Shown piece after piece: positions 1 to 8,504 of a stretch of 64,000 bases of DNA. The notes under the pieces are model-generated. The model had not been told where the DNA came from. It made no database searches and saw only the letters and a program-made list of their open reading frames with translations. A program made the translations under genes and the position numbers. The DNA comes from a virus (Duplodnaviria > Caudoviricetes): IMG/VR virus record IMGVR_UViG_3300031555_001437. One strand, written 5' to 3'. The stretch's first letter is position 1. Each line of letters opens with the position of its first letter.

Positions 1-87
1 GGCGGCGGTCTTAGGCGTTGCGGCTGCCTTGGGCGCGGCAATGATGGTGTCAAGGTCTACAGTGTTGATAATGGTGGTGGTTTTCAT
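1..87 (-). CDS. 5' end of a divergent gene, truncated by the window edge (MKTTTIINTVDLDTIIAAPKAAATPKTAA...)
   Basis: ATG at 87-85 on the minus strand with AGAGGT Shine-Dalgarno at 100-95; frame open to position 1; not in the ORF track. Confidence 0.65.
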   Translation of the reverse strand, partial: MKTTTIINTVDLDTIIAAPKAAATPKTAA

Positions 88-212
88 GGTTTTTACCTCT
101 CTTTAACGCGCATTGCGCGGTATTTTGTGTGGTCGGTCAGCCCAACCGCTACGGGCTGCATAACTGCAACGCATAGCGGCAAGGCTGACGGTCTGCCGTG
201 AAAACCAAGTGA

Positions 213-233
213 TATTGAGTTGTCAAAGAACAG
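213..233 (-). promoter_or_regulatory. boxA-like antitermination element in the leader of the divergent transcript
   Basis: Minus strand reads CTGTTCTTTGACAACTCAATA, resembling the Bacillota rRNA-leader boxA (GTTCTTTGAAAACT...). Confidence 0.5.
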
Positions 234-562
234 TGGACAGTATCGGGCGCGGTGCGCATTGCGCAGTGTCCGCGATTGATGGTCTGTCGCGCTGCCCGTA
301 TTACGGGCGGCAAGTGTTACAACATGGGGGAAGTGCCGCCACTGGTGGCAGCATGGATATTTTACCACAAAACCAACGGACAGCGGAAAAATGTTGATTT
401 TTCGGGGGTGGGGGTACTAAAAACCGTTGAAAAACCAAGGAAAATCAGAATATGCTATGGGTAGTCTTTTCAGACACCGACTGGAAAATAAACGGCCCAG
501 CAAGCAGGGAAGGGAACCACTCTAAATTGCCAGCCTAAGCGATCATTCGCCCACCCCAAAAC

Positions 563-629
563 TTGTCCACAGTCAAAACACCCAGCAAAACCCAGCCCAT
601 CGACGAGTTGTCCACAGAAGTTTTCCACA
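563..629 (+). promoter_or_regulatory. Cluster of three DnaA-box-like 9-mers
   Basis: TTGTCCACA 563-571, TTGTCCACA 608-616, TTTTCCACA 621-629, all in the same orientation. Confidence 0.45.
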
Positions 630-1230
630 AATCGAAAAACGCCCCGTAAAACCCACTTACGTAAGCGTTTCCACGGTGTAAATATAATTTACCTCCAAAT
701 CCCAACCCAACGGCCAAATCTGCCCAGCCTTTCGCTCACCAAACCACCGAGCGAAGCAGGGAACTGATCTATCCCCACTTTGCTCCACCCCTCCCCAAAA
801 TCCACCAACAAAAGGCTCCGAAATCCGAGAGTGAAGTGCTCCTGGGCTTGCGCCAGCAAGACCAAAAGAGGACAGCCCTCGGAGAAGGGCGTGTTTTGAC
901 GCAGGCAAAACGTCCGATAGGGTTTGAGCGCTCACAGAGAAGAGCAGGGAGGGGGGTATATTTAAACTATGCCAGAAGCGGCTCCCGCAGGGGGGTATCC
1001 AAAAACCACATGGTAGGGAACCGCTCAGAACACCGTTTTACGTCCAAAAACAGCGTATTACTTAGCGATAAGTCGCCAACAATGCCCAGGGTGCTTCCGA
1101 GAATACCACCCCAGACCAGCGTAAGCTAAAATAAGCGAGTACTTAGGCGTAAGTGAGGAGTCGTTGTTCTCGTCTCAGGCGGCGACTGCCTAGAGAGGGC
1201 AGGAGGCCACGAAGTGGAGGTGTGAGGGCG

Positions 1231-1473
1231 CGACATAACCCAAAAGAGGATTACGTAGTAATCCGATATATCTATATCTATATCTATATCAGTATCTATA
1301 TCTTTATCTATATCAAGGTTATGTCTTGGTTTTGTCGTGGTTTTGTCCGCTAGGTTTTTCCCAGGGGTCATGACATAACTCGCGACATAACTGCGACATA
1401 ACTGTCCATTTTGGTTTTGTCGCGACCATTTGTAAACAAATTGTAAACGATTACTTTTCGGTATTGACAAAAC
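1231..1473. repeat. Putative replication origin: GACA(T/A)AAC iteron-like repeats in both orientations plus an (ATATCT)n tract
   Basis: GACATAAC at 1232, 1372, 1384, 1395; GACAAAAC at 1466; reverse copies GGTT(A/T)TGTC at 1317, 1328, 1339, 1413; hexamer tract 1266-1314; inverted repeat GGATTAC-GTA-GTAATCC 1248-1264. Confidence 0.6.
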
Positions 1474-1492
1474 ACCATTTTTGTATTATAAT
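1464..1492 (+). promoter_or_regulatory. Consensus SigA/sigma70 promoter
   Basis: TTGACA 1464-1469, 17-bp spacer, TATAAT 1487-1492. Confidence 0.9.
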
Positions 1493-1527
1493 ATGTCCGA
1501 CACAACAAAATGAAAGAGGGAATGGTT

Positions 1528-1908
1528 ATGTCCACAAAAGAAAACTTCGTGTTCTATGCCAGCTGGCTAGATGCTATCAACGCCATGGAGAAGGCCCAGG
1601 GCGAAGCCGTCGCAGATAAATTTGCACGACAAATAATTCAATATGGAGTAACTGGTGAGCTAACAACAGACAACGAGATTATACGCGGTTTTATTGACGC
1701 ACTCTGTAAAGACCTAATCCACAAATCCAAGAACCGTTACAAAGCCTGCAAGGCTAACGGCCAGCAGGGAGGCAGACCAGTGCAGCACGACCCAGATAAC
1801 ATTAAGGCAATGTACACCGCTGGAATGACTTATCAAGAAATTGCGAAAGAACTTAATTGCTCCGTTCGCACTGTACAGAGAGCGCTTACCGAGGAGGATG
1901 AAATTTGA
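1528..1908 (+). CDS. DUF6291-like replication-initiator N-terminal domain fused to a C-terminal HTH
   Basis: FVFYASW...RYKACKANGQQGGRP signature, then GMTYQEIAKELNCSVRTVQRAL helix-turn-helix; RBS favours ATG 1528. Confidence 0.7.
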   Translation: MSTKENFVFYASWLDAINAMEKAQGEAVADKFARQIIQYGVTGELTTDNEIIRGFIDALCKDLIHKSKNRYKACKANGQQGGRPVQHDPDNIKAMYTAGMTYQEIAKELNCSVRTVQRALTEEDEI

Positions 1909-2141
1909 TGGCTGAGAGAGTGTACGAGATTAGATGCGGAGACAAGTTCACGCTTAACAATGCTGCCGCGAAGAAGATGTGTGGTTGGTCCATCAAACGC
2001 TTGCCGCTTGGTGAGCGTATTTACCCAGGAGTGATTTGCGCCGAAAAGATCAAGCGACGTTGGTGGCAGTTATGGAAACCCAAATATGTTTACGCAAAAT
2101 TCATATATGTAAGAGAGGATGCTAAGTTATGGGCAGTGTAA
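1905..2141 (+). CDS. Hypothetical phage protein
   Basis: Coupled to the previous gene, GAGGAGG RBS. Confidence 0.65.
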   Translation: MMAERVYEIRCGDKFTLNNAAAKKMCGWSIKRLPLGERIYPGVICAEKIKRRWWQLWKPKYVYAKFIYVREDAKLWAV

Positions 2142-2154
2142 AGGAGTATAACAA

Positions 2155-2505
2155 ATGAACGGTGTAGAAATTTTAAGCTCAGAAATTATATATGAAACTA
2201 CCATGTCGTGGTTGCCGTTTTTTATTACCATTGGGATTTGTGCGGTGATCGGATTTGTAGCTGGCGGACAGGGTACGTTCGGATTTGATGTGGTTGACGG
2301 TGTGTTTGGAGCCCTTACGGGAGTGATGGCGGGAGCAATTTTAGGTCTCTTGATATCTGGTATGACAATTCGCCAAACAGATGAAATCGCATACATAAAA
2401 CACAAAGTCACCATCGACGACTCCGTCTCAATGAACGAGTTCTTAGACAAATACGAAATCCTTGATCAAGAAGGCAAGATCTATACAGTAAAGGAGAGAG
2501 AGTGA
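2155..2505 (+). CDS. Hypothetical membrane protein (2 TM segments)
   Basis: AAGGAG RBS; two hydrophobic stretches. Confidence 0.75.
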   Translation: MNGVEILSSEIIYETTMSWLPFFITIGICAVIGFVAGGQGTFGFDVVDGVFGALTGVMAGAILGLLISGMTIRQTDEIAYIKHKVTIDDSVSMNEFLDKYEILDQEGKIYTVKERE

Positions 2506-2765
2506 TGGAAAGATACACAGACGCATGGGATAGAATATCTCATAAAGTTGTAATGTGGAACTTACCCTGCGAACCAGGCACGACATTTGAATGCACACAA
2601 AATGTTGTTGAAGACATCATAGTGTCGCTTCCGCATATGTTTAGAAAATATAAGGAAATGCGTGGCATAGAAATGACCTTGGATATTGATGAGGCGTATT
2701 ATGACTCTGAAACGCATGAGAAGTGGTATCGTGTGAACTATAAGGCAAAGGAGAACTCACAATGA
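2502..2765 (+). CDS. Hypothetical phage protein
   Basis: Overlapping stop/start, AAGGAG RBS. Confidence 0.7.
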   Translation: MMERYTDAWDRISHKVVMWNLPCEPGTTFECTQNVVEDIIVSLPHMFRKYKEMRGIEMTLDIDEAYYDSETHEKWYRVNYKAKENSQ

Positions 2766-3082
2766 ATTGTGTAGATAATGAATGTCGCCACTTACGCACT
2801 GGTTTTGTCAACGGTTACTATGATAACGTATGTGGTCTCACTGGAAGTGCAATTCCAGATGATATTGACGTAACACAATGTAAAAACTTTTTGCAGGCTC
2901 ACACTTGTATAGATTGTATTCATTCTTCAATAACCATTTACGAGACTGGCACAATTGATGATATTGAATATCGTTGTCCGTTTCAAAATAACAAAATGAT
3001 TTATGATGACTCAAATCCTTACGCAAGACATTATGAAGACGTTCCAGAGTGCAATATTGGAAAGTTTCAAAAGGAGAACTGA
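2762..3082 (+). CDS. Cys-rich hypothetical protein
   Basis: ATGA overlap, AAGGAG RBS, multiple Cys/His clusters. Confidence 0.7.
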   Translation: MNCVDNECRHLRTGFVNGYYDNVCGLTGSAIPDDIDVTQCKNFLQAHTCIDCIHSSITIYETGTIDDIEYRCPFQNNKMIYDDSNPYARHYEDVPECNIGKFQKEN

Positions 3083-3435
3083 TGATAAATACCCGTAAAC
3101 ATCTAAGACAACTACAAATTGTTCAAGCTCGCATCAAAAAATGCAGAGCGTCAATTGCGGCTCTGAACCCACCTAGACCAGACTCATTTGAAATCAGTCG
3201 CAATGTATATCATTGGTTAACTGCTTTGTATTATGGTGTTCAACCAGATATGTCTCTTATGTATGATAAAAAGTTGACTAAGTTAGATGCACCAGCAAGC
3301 GAATACTTGCGTAAACTTGGAGAGTATTTTGTGAATGCGGCAAATTATTATGATGCAAAACGAATATACGACGCAGAGCTAAACAAGCTAAAAACAGAAG
3401 AGCGTCGCTTAAAAGAAAGGATTGGTATTGATTAA
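3082..3435 (+). CDS. Hypothetical phage protein
   Basis: AAGGAG RBS before the ATG at 3082 (MINTRK...). Confidence 0.7.
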   Translation: MINTRKHLRQLQIVQARIKKCRASIAALNPPRPDSFEISRNVYHWLTALYYGVQPDMSLMYDKKLTKLDAPASEYLRKLGEYFVNAANYYDAKRIYDAELNKLKTEERRLKERIGID

Positions 3436-3437
3436 TA

Positions 3438-3656
3438 ATGAAATGCAGAATTGTTCAAGTTGAAAATTATTACCAGGCTCAAATTTTAGTGCCATGTACG
3501 GCATATGGACGCAGTGCAGAACCAATCGAAAGTACTACGTGGGAGGATATTTATTGTGGAGCAAAGTACAGAAGTGTACATGCTGCAAAAATTGCACTTG
3601 AGGAATATGTTTACGAACTTAGAAAGCCTCGCGTTGTAGAAGAATTTGAACTGTAA
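3438..3656 (+). CDS. Hypothetical phage protein
   Basis: Tightly packed ORF in the operon. Confidence 0.65.
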   Translation: MKCRIVQVENYYQAQILVPCTAYGRSAEPIESTTWEDIYCGAKYRSVHAAKIALEEYVYELRKPRVVEEFEL

Positions 3657-3669
3657 AGGAGACAACAAA

Positions 3670-3879
3670 ATGAATATATCTGGAATTTGCCCATACGAAA
3701 CTCCTTGTGGCTGGTGTTCCAAGTGGGACAAGAAGTGTGATGAGAAGATTGGTACAGACAAAACCGTTACTGCTCCTTGTGCTAATTGTGAGAACCTCGG
3801 CTCAAATACAAACTACTGCGCAATTTGTTGGGCACATAATTTTGAATCATTTAAAGCAAAGGAGAATAGACATGGCTAA
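3670..3879 (+). CDS. Cys-rich hypothetical protein
   Basis: AAGGAG RBS; CPYETPCGWC and CxxC motifs. Confidence 0.65.
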   Translation: MNISGICPYETPCGWCSKWDKKCDEKIGTDKTVTAPCANCENLGSNTNYCAICWAHNFESFKAKENRHG

Positions 3880-4171
3880 TAACGCATATAAGCGTGGTCT
3901 TCGAAGTGAATTACCGTTATATAACGAAACTGATTCCAACGTGGCCTATCTCAAAAGTGGATATGTCATTCCTTTATCTAAAGAAAATAACAAAACTCCA
4001 GACCCGTTTGGCCACTGCGCCAACTGCGTATGTCTTGAGGATTGCGTCTTTACTAATAACAATGTCAACAATTGCGAATACCACCAAGAGTTGCTTAATG
4101 ACATTCAAGAATATATTAACAAGAAGATATACGAATATTTAACAGGAAAGGACGCTAAAAGCAATGACTAA
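3872..4171 (+). CDS. Hypothetical protein with Cys cluster
   Basis: AAGGAG RBS supports ATG 3872 rather than 3707. Confidence 0.65.
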   Translation: MANNAYKRGLRSELPLYNETDSNVAYLKSGYVIPLSKENNKTPDPFGHCANCVCLEDCVFTNNNVNNCEYHQELLNDIQEYINKKIYEYLTGKDAKSND

Positions 4172-4406
4172 CCTTGATATCATCAAATACCTCGCCGCCA
4201 ACAATCCAACTCGTCTTGCTGAATTTCTCGACGACATCTACTGTGTCGCCTGGAACAACGGTGCTTACGCGCAGTTCCACATCGACGACGTTGACGTTCT
4301 GTCTGATGAACTTGAATTCACAGAGAGCAACTGGCTCAATCAAACAGCGTCAGCAAACGACTTCTTTTTGGAAGCCGAACTTGAAGAATGGAGAAACAAA
4401 GTATGA
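4164..4406 (+). CDS. Hypothetical phage protein
   Basis: Overlapping ORF with RBS. Confidence 0.65.
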   Translation: MTNLDIIKYLAANNPTRLAEFLDDIYCVAWNNGAYAQFHIDDVDVLSDELEFTESNWLNQTASANDFFLEAELEEWRNKV

Positions 4407-4615
4407 ACCTTAAAGAAATTCACGCATATCTAAACGAGGATGGCACATATATCCTTGAGGCTCTTACCGATGTAATCGATGTATACGGCAACGCCATTCC
4501 AGCCAAAGTCACATCGCAACGCGCCGTCATTAAGGTTTCAGTTCTTCACGACGGTTATTCAATTACAACGGAGGACAAACAAAATGACGTTCAAATGGAA
4601 GAAATCCACTTCTGA
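4388..4615 (+). CDS. Hypothetical phage protein
   Basis: Packed ORF; likely start at ATG 4403. Confidence 0.6.
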   Translation: MEKQSMNLKEIHAYLNEDGTYILEALTDVIDVYGNAIPAKVTSQRAVIKVSVLHDGYSITTEDKQNDVQMEEIHF

Positions 4616-4835
4616 TAATAATTTCGAATTTGACTGGGCAAGAATATTCGTAATGCCAACGGAGTCTGGCGAAGTTCAGATTTATTACGGCGATGAGTCT
4701 TGTGTAGTCAAAAATCTTAGTGTGCAAGATATTGCCGCAAAGTTCAAAGCGCACAGTAACGAGTTTAGTGAACGGATGATATTTAAGACTGAAGTTAAAA
4801 CGTTAATAGAAAATATATTAAAGGAGAACGCATGA
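4584..4835 (+). CDS. Hypothetical phage protein
   Basis: GGAGG RBS before ATG 4584. Confidence 0.65.
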   Translation: MTFKWKKSTSDNNFEFDWARIFVMPTESGEVQIYYGDESCVVKNLSVQDIAAKFKAHSNEFSERMIFKTEVKTLIENILKENA

Positions 4836-4996
4836 TGAGAGTTCATTGTATTAAAGAAGAGTATCTACACGTACTAGAGAATAAGGTCAACGCATGGCTG
4901 CAAAGTCATCCTGGAATAGAAATCATTGATATCAAATATGCTACGGTTCCTTATCATTCTAGCCCAGACTACTCGGTTATGATTATTTACAAGTGA
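4832..4996 (+). CDS. Small protein resembling the Cse60 (DUF2758) sporulation-protein family, 54 aa
   Basis: Translated by hand (below the track cutoff): MMRVHCIKEEYLHVLENKVNAWLQSHPGIEIIDIKYATVPYHSSPDYSVMIIYK; AAGGAG RBS, ATGA overlap. Confidence 0.6.
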   Translation: MMRVHCIKEEYLHVLENKVNAWLQSHPGIEIIDIKYATVPYHSSPDYSVMIIYK

Positions 4997-5009
4997 GGAG
5001 AATTGATTT

Positions 5010-5183
5010 ATGGTTTTTGCAAAATATACATACCCGCTACCAAACGACGGCCGCAAATACTCGCTTTCGGAGAAAGAACTTGTAGAACTGCTCGATGCTG
5101 CGTACGACAAAGGTTTCGAACACGGTGTTCAAAGTGCGACGCCAGTAAAAACGACCAAAGCAAAGGATAGCAATCATGGGTAA
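5010..5183 (+). CDS. Hypothetical protein, 57 aa
   Basis: GAGGAG RBS; MVFAKYTYPLPNDGRKYSLSEKELVELLDAAYDKGFEHG...; fills a gap in the operon. Confidence 0.6.
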   Translation: MVFAKYTYPLPNDGRKYSLSEKELVELLDAAYDKGFEHGVQSATPVKTTKAKDSNHG

Positions 5184-5385
5184 AAGAATTACTAGGTCTT
5201 TAATTGGAACAGAAGAGACTTTTCATCACTTCATGTCACGGTATCCAGATGCTGTAAAAATTGAAAATGCTGAAGTTTATTGGAGCGACAAAGATGGCGC
5301 GTTAGGAATTATAGCTTCCAACGAATGGAGAAATCGCCTTATTGGCAAGAGCATTTGCATAGAAGAGGAGAATGACAATGATTGA
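5176..5385 (+). CDS. Hypothetical phage protein
   Basis: Overlapping ORF with RBS. Confidence 0.6.
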   Translation: MGKRITRSLIGTEETFHHFMSRYPDAVKIENAEVYWSDKDGALGIIASNEWRNRLIGKSICIEEENDND

Positions 5386-5758
5386 GAGATTGAACACATA
5401 CGCCGACACAGGCAAAATAATTAATAAGATTAACGAGATTATTGATTTTGTAAACGATACCTATCTTATGAAGGTTAAAGATGGGCAAACGGTTTTTGCT
5501 GGCGGCGATCTGGTTGTTGACACAGATGTGTGTATAGACAATAGCGTTTCAGTTTTGAATGCCGTTGATGGTGTTTCGCTAGTAGGCAACGCTAAGTGTC
5601 CACACTGCGGCGAGAGTTATTATACTGAGTTATATAGTGATTCGACTTCTGTGTATTATCCTCCAATTTATAAGAACGGCGTTAACATTAATCCAGATAG
5701 AAATCAGATTACAACACATTGTAGATGTTTGAATTGTGATAAGGAGTTCAGTATTTGA
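5372..5758 (+). CDS. Zinc-ribbon-containing hypothetical protein
   Basis: CPHC...CLNC motif; GAGGAG RBS. Confidence 0.7.
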   Translation: MTMIERLNTYADTGKIINKINEIIDFVNDTYLMKVKDGQTVFAGGDLVVDTDVCIDNSVSVLNAVDGVSLVGNAKCPHCGESYYTELYSDSTSVYYPPIYKNGVNINPDRNQITTHCRCLNCDKEFSI

Positions 5759-6095
5759 TATGATTTTTGACTGTCCATGTTGCGACAACGGAAAGTTGGA
5801 GCTGTTTTTCGAACCAGACCTGATAGAATTTAATAAGACAAGAAAGATACGTATTTGCGATAAGTGCCATTTTGCATATGACGAAGAGACCGACGAACTT
5901 TTAAACTCAAATGGCATGATATTAAAGAAGGAATCTACTGGTGAAGAGGTAGCAAGATTTCCAGCTCAGTACTTAACAAAGTTTTTTAATGGAGAAATTG
6001 ATTATGACGAGGCCGTTAGCTGCACCATCAAAGAAATGAATAAACAAATAGGAGAACTTATAAAAAAGCGTTTAAAACAGGAGGGTAAATTATGA
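5736..6095 (+). CDS. Zinc-ribbon-containing hypothetical protein
   Basis: CPCC...CDKC motif. Confidence 0.65.
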   Translation: MIRSSVFDMIFDCPCCDNGKLELFFEPDLIEFNKTRKIRICDKCHFAYDEETDELLNSNGMILKKESTGEEVARFPAQYLTKFFNGEIDYDEAVSCTIKEMNKQIGELIKKRLKQEGKL

Positions 6096-6286
6096 ACTGT
6101 CCTAAATGTAATAAGCAAATGGAAATTCAGTGGGGCGAGAAACCAGTTGTACGAGATGACAATACCATGACTATTGAAGTTGTCGGTAGATGCTGGGATT
6201 GTGATTATGACGGCACTTGGAAAATAGAAGTGTCTTCATCGAGAGATGTAAAAGAATATGATTTGCGACAATTTTATTTCGGGTAA
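6092..6286 (+). CDS. Small zinc-ribbon protein
   Basis: CPKC...CWDC; GGAGG RBS. Confidence 0.7.
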   Translation: MNCPKCNKQMEIQWGEKPVVRDDNTMTIEVVGRCWDCDYDGTWKIEVSSSRDVKEYDLRQFYFG

Positions 6287-6299
6287 AGGAGATTGATAT

Positions 6300-6593
6300 A
6301 TGTGCATTATGACAGAAGCATGTAACTGCACAGATTATCCGCAGCATGAGGCAACTAATATTACAACGGCGTCACAGCGAACTAACGGTGACCGAATTCG
6401 TACTATGACAGACGACGAGCTTGCTGATTTCTTCTTTGAGTCTCCAGAGATTGAGTTCGGGGTATGTTATTATTGCAAGAATTTTGGTGGTTATGCGAGT
6501 TCAGAGCCGTGCAAGACGAGCCACGGCATGTGTGAGGTTGATGCTAAAAACGAGGCTTTTAAGAATTGGCTGAAGCAGCCAGCAAAAATTTGA
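6300..6593 (+). CDS. Hypothetical phage protein (TNGDRIRxMTDxELA family)
   Basis: Motif common in small phage proteins; AAGGAG RBS. Confidence 0.7.
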   Translation: MCIMTEACNCTDYPQHEATNITTASQRTNGDRIRTMTDDELADFFFESPEIEFGVCYYCKNFGGYASSEPCKTSHGMCEVDAKNEAFKNWLKQPAKI

Positions 6594-6603
6594 GAGGTAT
6601 GAT

Positions 6604-6810
6604 ATGAAGTGGGGACGAGAAAAATATATTGAGTACTTCACCAAGATGCAAGAGGCGAATAAAATCGCTCCTCTTAGCCCAGTAGAGTGGAACTGGGTTA
6701 TTGCCAGAAGTTATGAGGCAACGGTAATATACAAGTTGGTTACGCAAAGCGAATTGGAAGATATGTTCCCAGATTTGTTTAAAGAAGATTATAGTGTATT
6801 TAAGGGGTGA
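6604..6810 (+). CDS. Hypothetical phage protein
   Basis: GAGGT RBS. Confidence 0.65.
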   Translation: MKWGREKYIEYFTKMQEANKIAPLSPVEWNWVIARSYEATVIYKLVTQSELEDMFPDLFKEDYSVFKG

Positions 6811-6813
6811 ATT

Positions 6814-7011
6814 ATGAATTACTGTTGTATATGTTGTAGAGAAACTAATCATCCAAAATCATTTCATTGCATCATTGATGATAGCGTCTATCACTATTGT
6901 CACCGACATGCTTTCATTGGCAAAAGAGTATCAGACAAATATGTGGCAAATAAAGTTCTTACAAAAGAGAGAGAAGAGTTTTGGAAAGAAGTGCGAAAGC
7001 GATATTTATGA
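6814..7011 (+). CDS. Cys/His-rich hypothetical protein
   Basis: GGGGTG RBS; CCIC...CHRH. Confidence 0.6.
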   Translation: MNYCCICCRETNHPKSFHCIIDDSVYHYCHRHAFIGKRVSDKYVANKVLTKEREEFWKEVRKRYL

Positions 7012-7019
7012 GGTGAGCC

Positions 7020-7214
7020 ATGAAGGTAAATGAAGAAAAATTAAAGAAAGCATCCACAGAAGAAATAATTAGAGGGATTTACTTAGTTGATGACGAGCTA
7101 AATAACGAAATGTATCCAGTGTCTGCTTATAGATGTAAATTGCTTTACGATTATAAGAAGAAACTCGAAGAAGAATTGCAGAAGCGATACAATACGAATT
7201 TTAAGACGAGGTAA
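7020..7214 (+). CDS. Hypothetical phage protein
   Basis: GAGGTG RBS. Confidence 0.65.
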   Translation: MKVNEEKLKKASTEEIIRGIYLVDDELNNEMYPVSAYRCKLLYDYKKKLEEELQKRYNTNFKTR

Positions 7215-7218
7215 GAAT

Positions 7219-7518
7219 ATGATTGAAATGACATATCATAATGACCATAAAGAAAAGTGGCAATCGCATGAAATTGAAATAAGAGAAAATGGTATTTTTA
7301 GCGCCGAAGTCGATGATAATGTGTGGGTATGGTCACACGACCCATTTAATATTACGGGGTACGGAGCAACCAAAGAAGAAGCAATAGAAGATTTCAAGAT
7401 AAAATTTAAATATATTATGAATGAACTAAGAGCTTTTGAAACAATGCTGCTTGATACCGATGTGATTACAGATGGCATTATTGAGGTGGACTGTGTTGGA
7501 AAGCCCATAAAAGATTAG
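7219..7518 (+). CDS. Hypothetical protein (cassette 1)
   Basis: GAGGT RBS; GYGATKEEAIEDF motif suggests a HicB-like fold. Confidence 0.7.
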   Translation: MIEMTYHNDHKEKWQSHEIEIRENGIFSAEVDDNVWVWSHDPFNITGYGATKEEAIEDFKIKFKYIMNELRAFETMLLDTDVITDGIIEVDCVGKPIKD

Positions 7519-7527
7519 TTTTAATAG

Positions 7528-7779
7528 GTGAAAATTATGAAGTGTAAAGAATGCGTGCATTATGGTATATGTGAATATAGTACATTTTCAGACAAAGGAA
7601 TTGATTGTAAAGATTTTATTTGCAAGGCAGACTATGTGAAGGTGATTAGATGTAGGGATTGCAAACACGCAACTTTTTATAGTTGTTCAAACGATGCTTG
7701 TTATCGAGGAATAATCTGCGAATATAGGATAGGAATAGGCGACGAGAATTTCTTCTGTAGTTGCGGAGAGCGCAGATAA
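7528..7779 (+). CDS. Cys-rich hypothetical protein (cassette 2)
   Basis: CKEC, CRDCKH and FFCSCGERR motifs; likely start ATG 7537. Confidence 0.7.
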   Translation: MKIMKCKECVHYGICEYSTFSDKGIDCKDFICKADYVKVIRCRDCKHATFYSCSNDACYRGIICEYRIGIGDENFFCSCGERR

Positions 7780-7804
7780 AATACGAATTTTAAGAGGTGA
7801 AGAT

Positions 7805-8089
7805 ATGAGTCTGTTATTAATTTCAGAAAAACTTTTACAGGAAGAGTTAAAAAAGAAACCTGAGAATCCGAGCGACCAACAAGATTTTTACTATTCTATG
7901 ATTGAAAAAGAATTGTACTTAATGAAGCGACTTAATATTGAAATGTGTAATATGCGTGGTGATGAAAAGGAAGTTGCCGACAGATTAGAACATAGCGAGA
8001 TTCTAATTTGTACTCATGAAGAAGCTGAGAATATACGTAAGTCTGTACAATTTAAAGATGAGATTATGGATGTCATAAATAGGCAATAA
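7805..8089 (+). CDS. Hypothetical protein (cassette 3)
   Basis: GAGGTG RBS supplied by the repeat. Confidence 0.7.
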   Translation: MSLLLISEKLLQEELKKKPENPSDQQDFYYSMIEKELYLMKRLNIEMCNMRGDEKEVADRLEHSEILICTHEEAENIRKSVQFKDEIMDVINRQ

Positions 8090-8114
8090 AAACAAACTTT
8101 TAAGAGGTATAAAT

Positions 8115-8288
8115 ATGACTATGTATTATGAATCTGGGTTTAAAAACGGAGTTATAAAGTTTGCAGAGTATCTAAAGAAGCATTCGTGTAAATATGACTT
8201 AGACAACTATCATTATTTTGAGGCAGTTGATATTGAAGATTTAGATGATTTGGTTGAGGAGTTCTTAGATAAGAAAGAGTACATATAA
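8115..8288 (+). CDS. Hypothetical protein, 57 aa (cassette 4)
   Basis: Translated by hand: MTMYYESGFKNGVIKFAEYLKKHSCKYDLDNYHYFEAVDIEDLDDLVEEFLDKKEYI; the stop is the TAA of the next repeat. Confidence 0.7.
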   Translation: MTMYYESGFKNGVIKFAEYLKKHSCKYDLDNYHYFEAVDIEDLDDLVEEFLDKKEYI

Positions 8289-8315
8289 AAATAAAATTTT
8301 AAGAGGTAAAAATAT

Positions 8316-8504
8316 ATGAAAGAAATAAAATACACTTGCCGTTATTGTGGCAAAACAAATACAATTACAACATTTTGGAAGTGGTTTTGGACCCCTCACT
8401 TTGGTGCTAAGAAGTGGATTAAGTGTAAGCATTGTGAAGTCAAAAGACATTTTATGAAGAGACAGGACTGGAACAAGCCTTGGTGGTTTGATTGGTATAA
8501 GTAA
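8316..8504 (+). CDS. Trp-rich zinc-ribbon protein (cassette 5)
   Basis: CRYC...CKHC; GAGGT RBS. Confidence 0.7.
   Translation: MKEIKYTCRYCGKTNTITTFWKWFWTPHFGAKKWIKCKHCEVKRHFMKRQDWNKPWWFDWYK

Noticed and set aside
93-1353. Other short ORFs in the control region
   Set aside because: No RBS, mutually overlapping on both strands, and no protein-like motifs.
1126-1470. Minus-strand ORF with a DIDID tract as a real gene
   Set aside because: It starts inside the -35 box of the opposing promoter and has no RBS; better explained as origin-like repeats.
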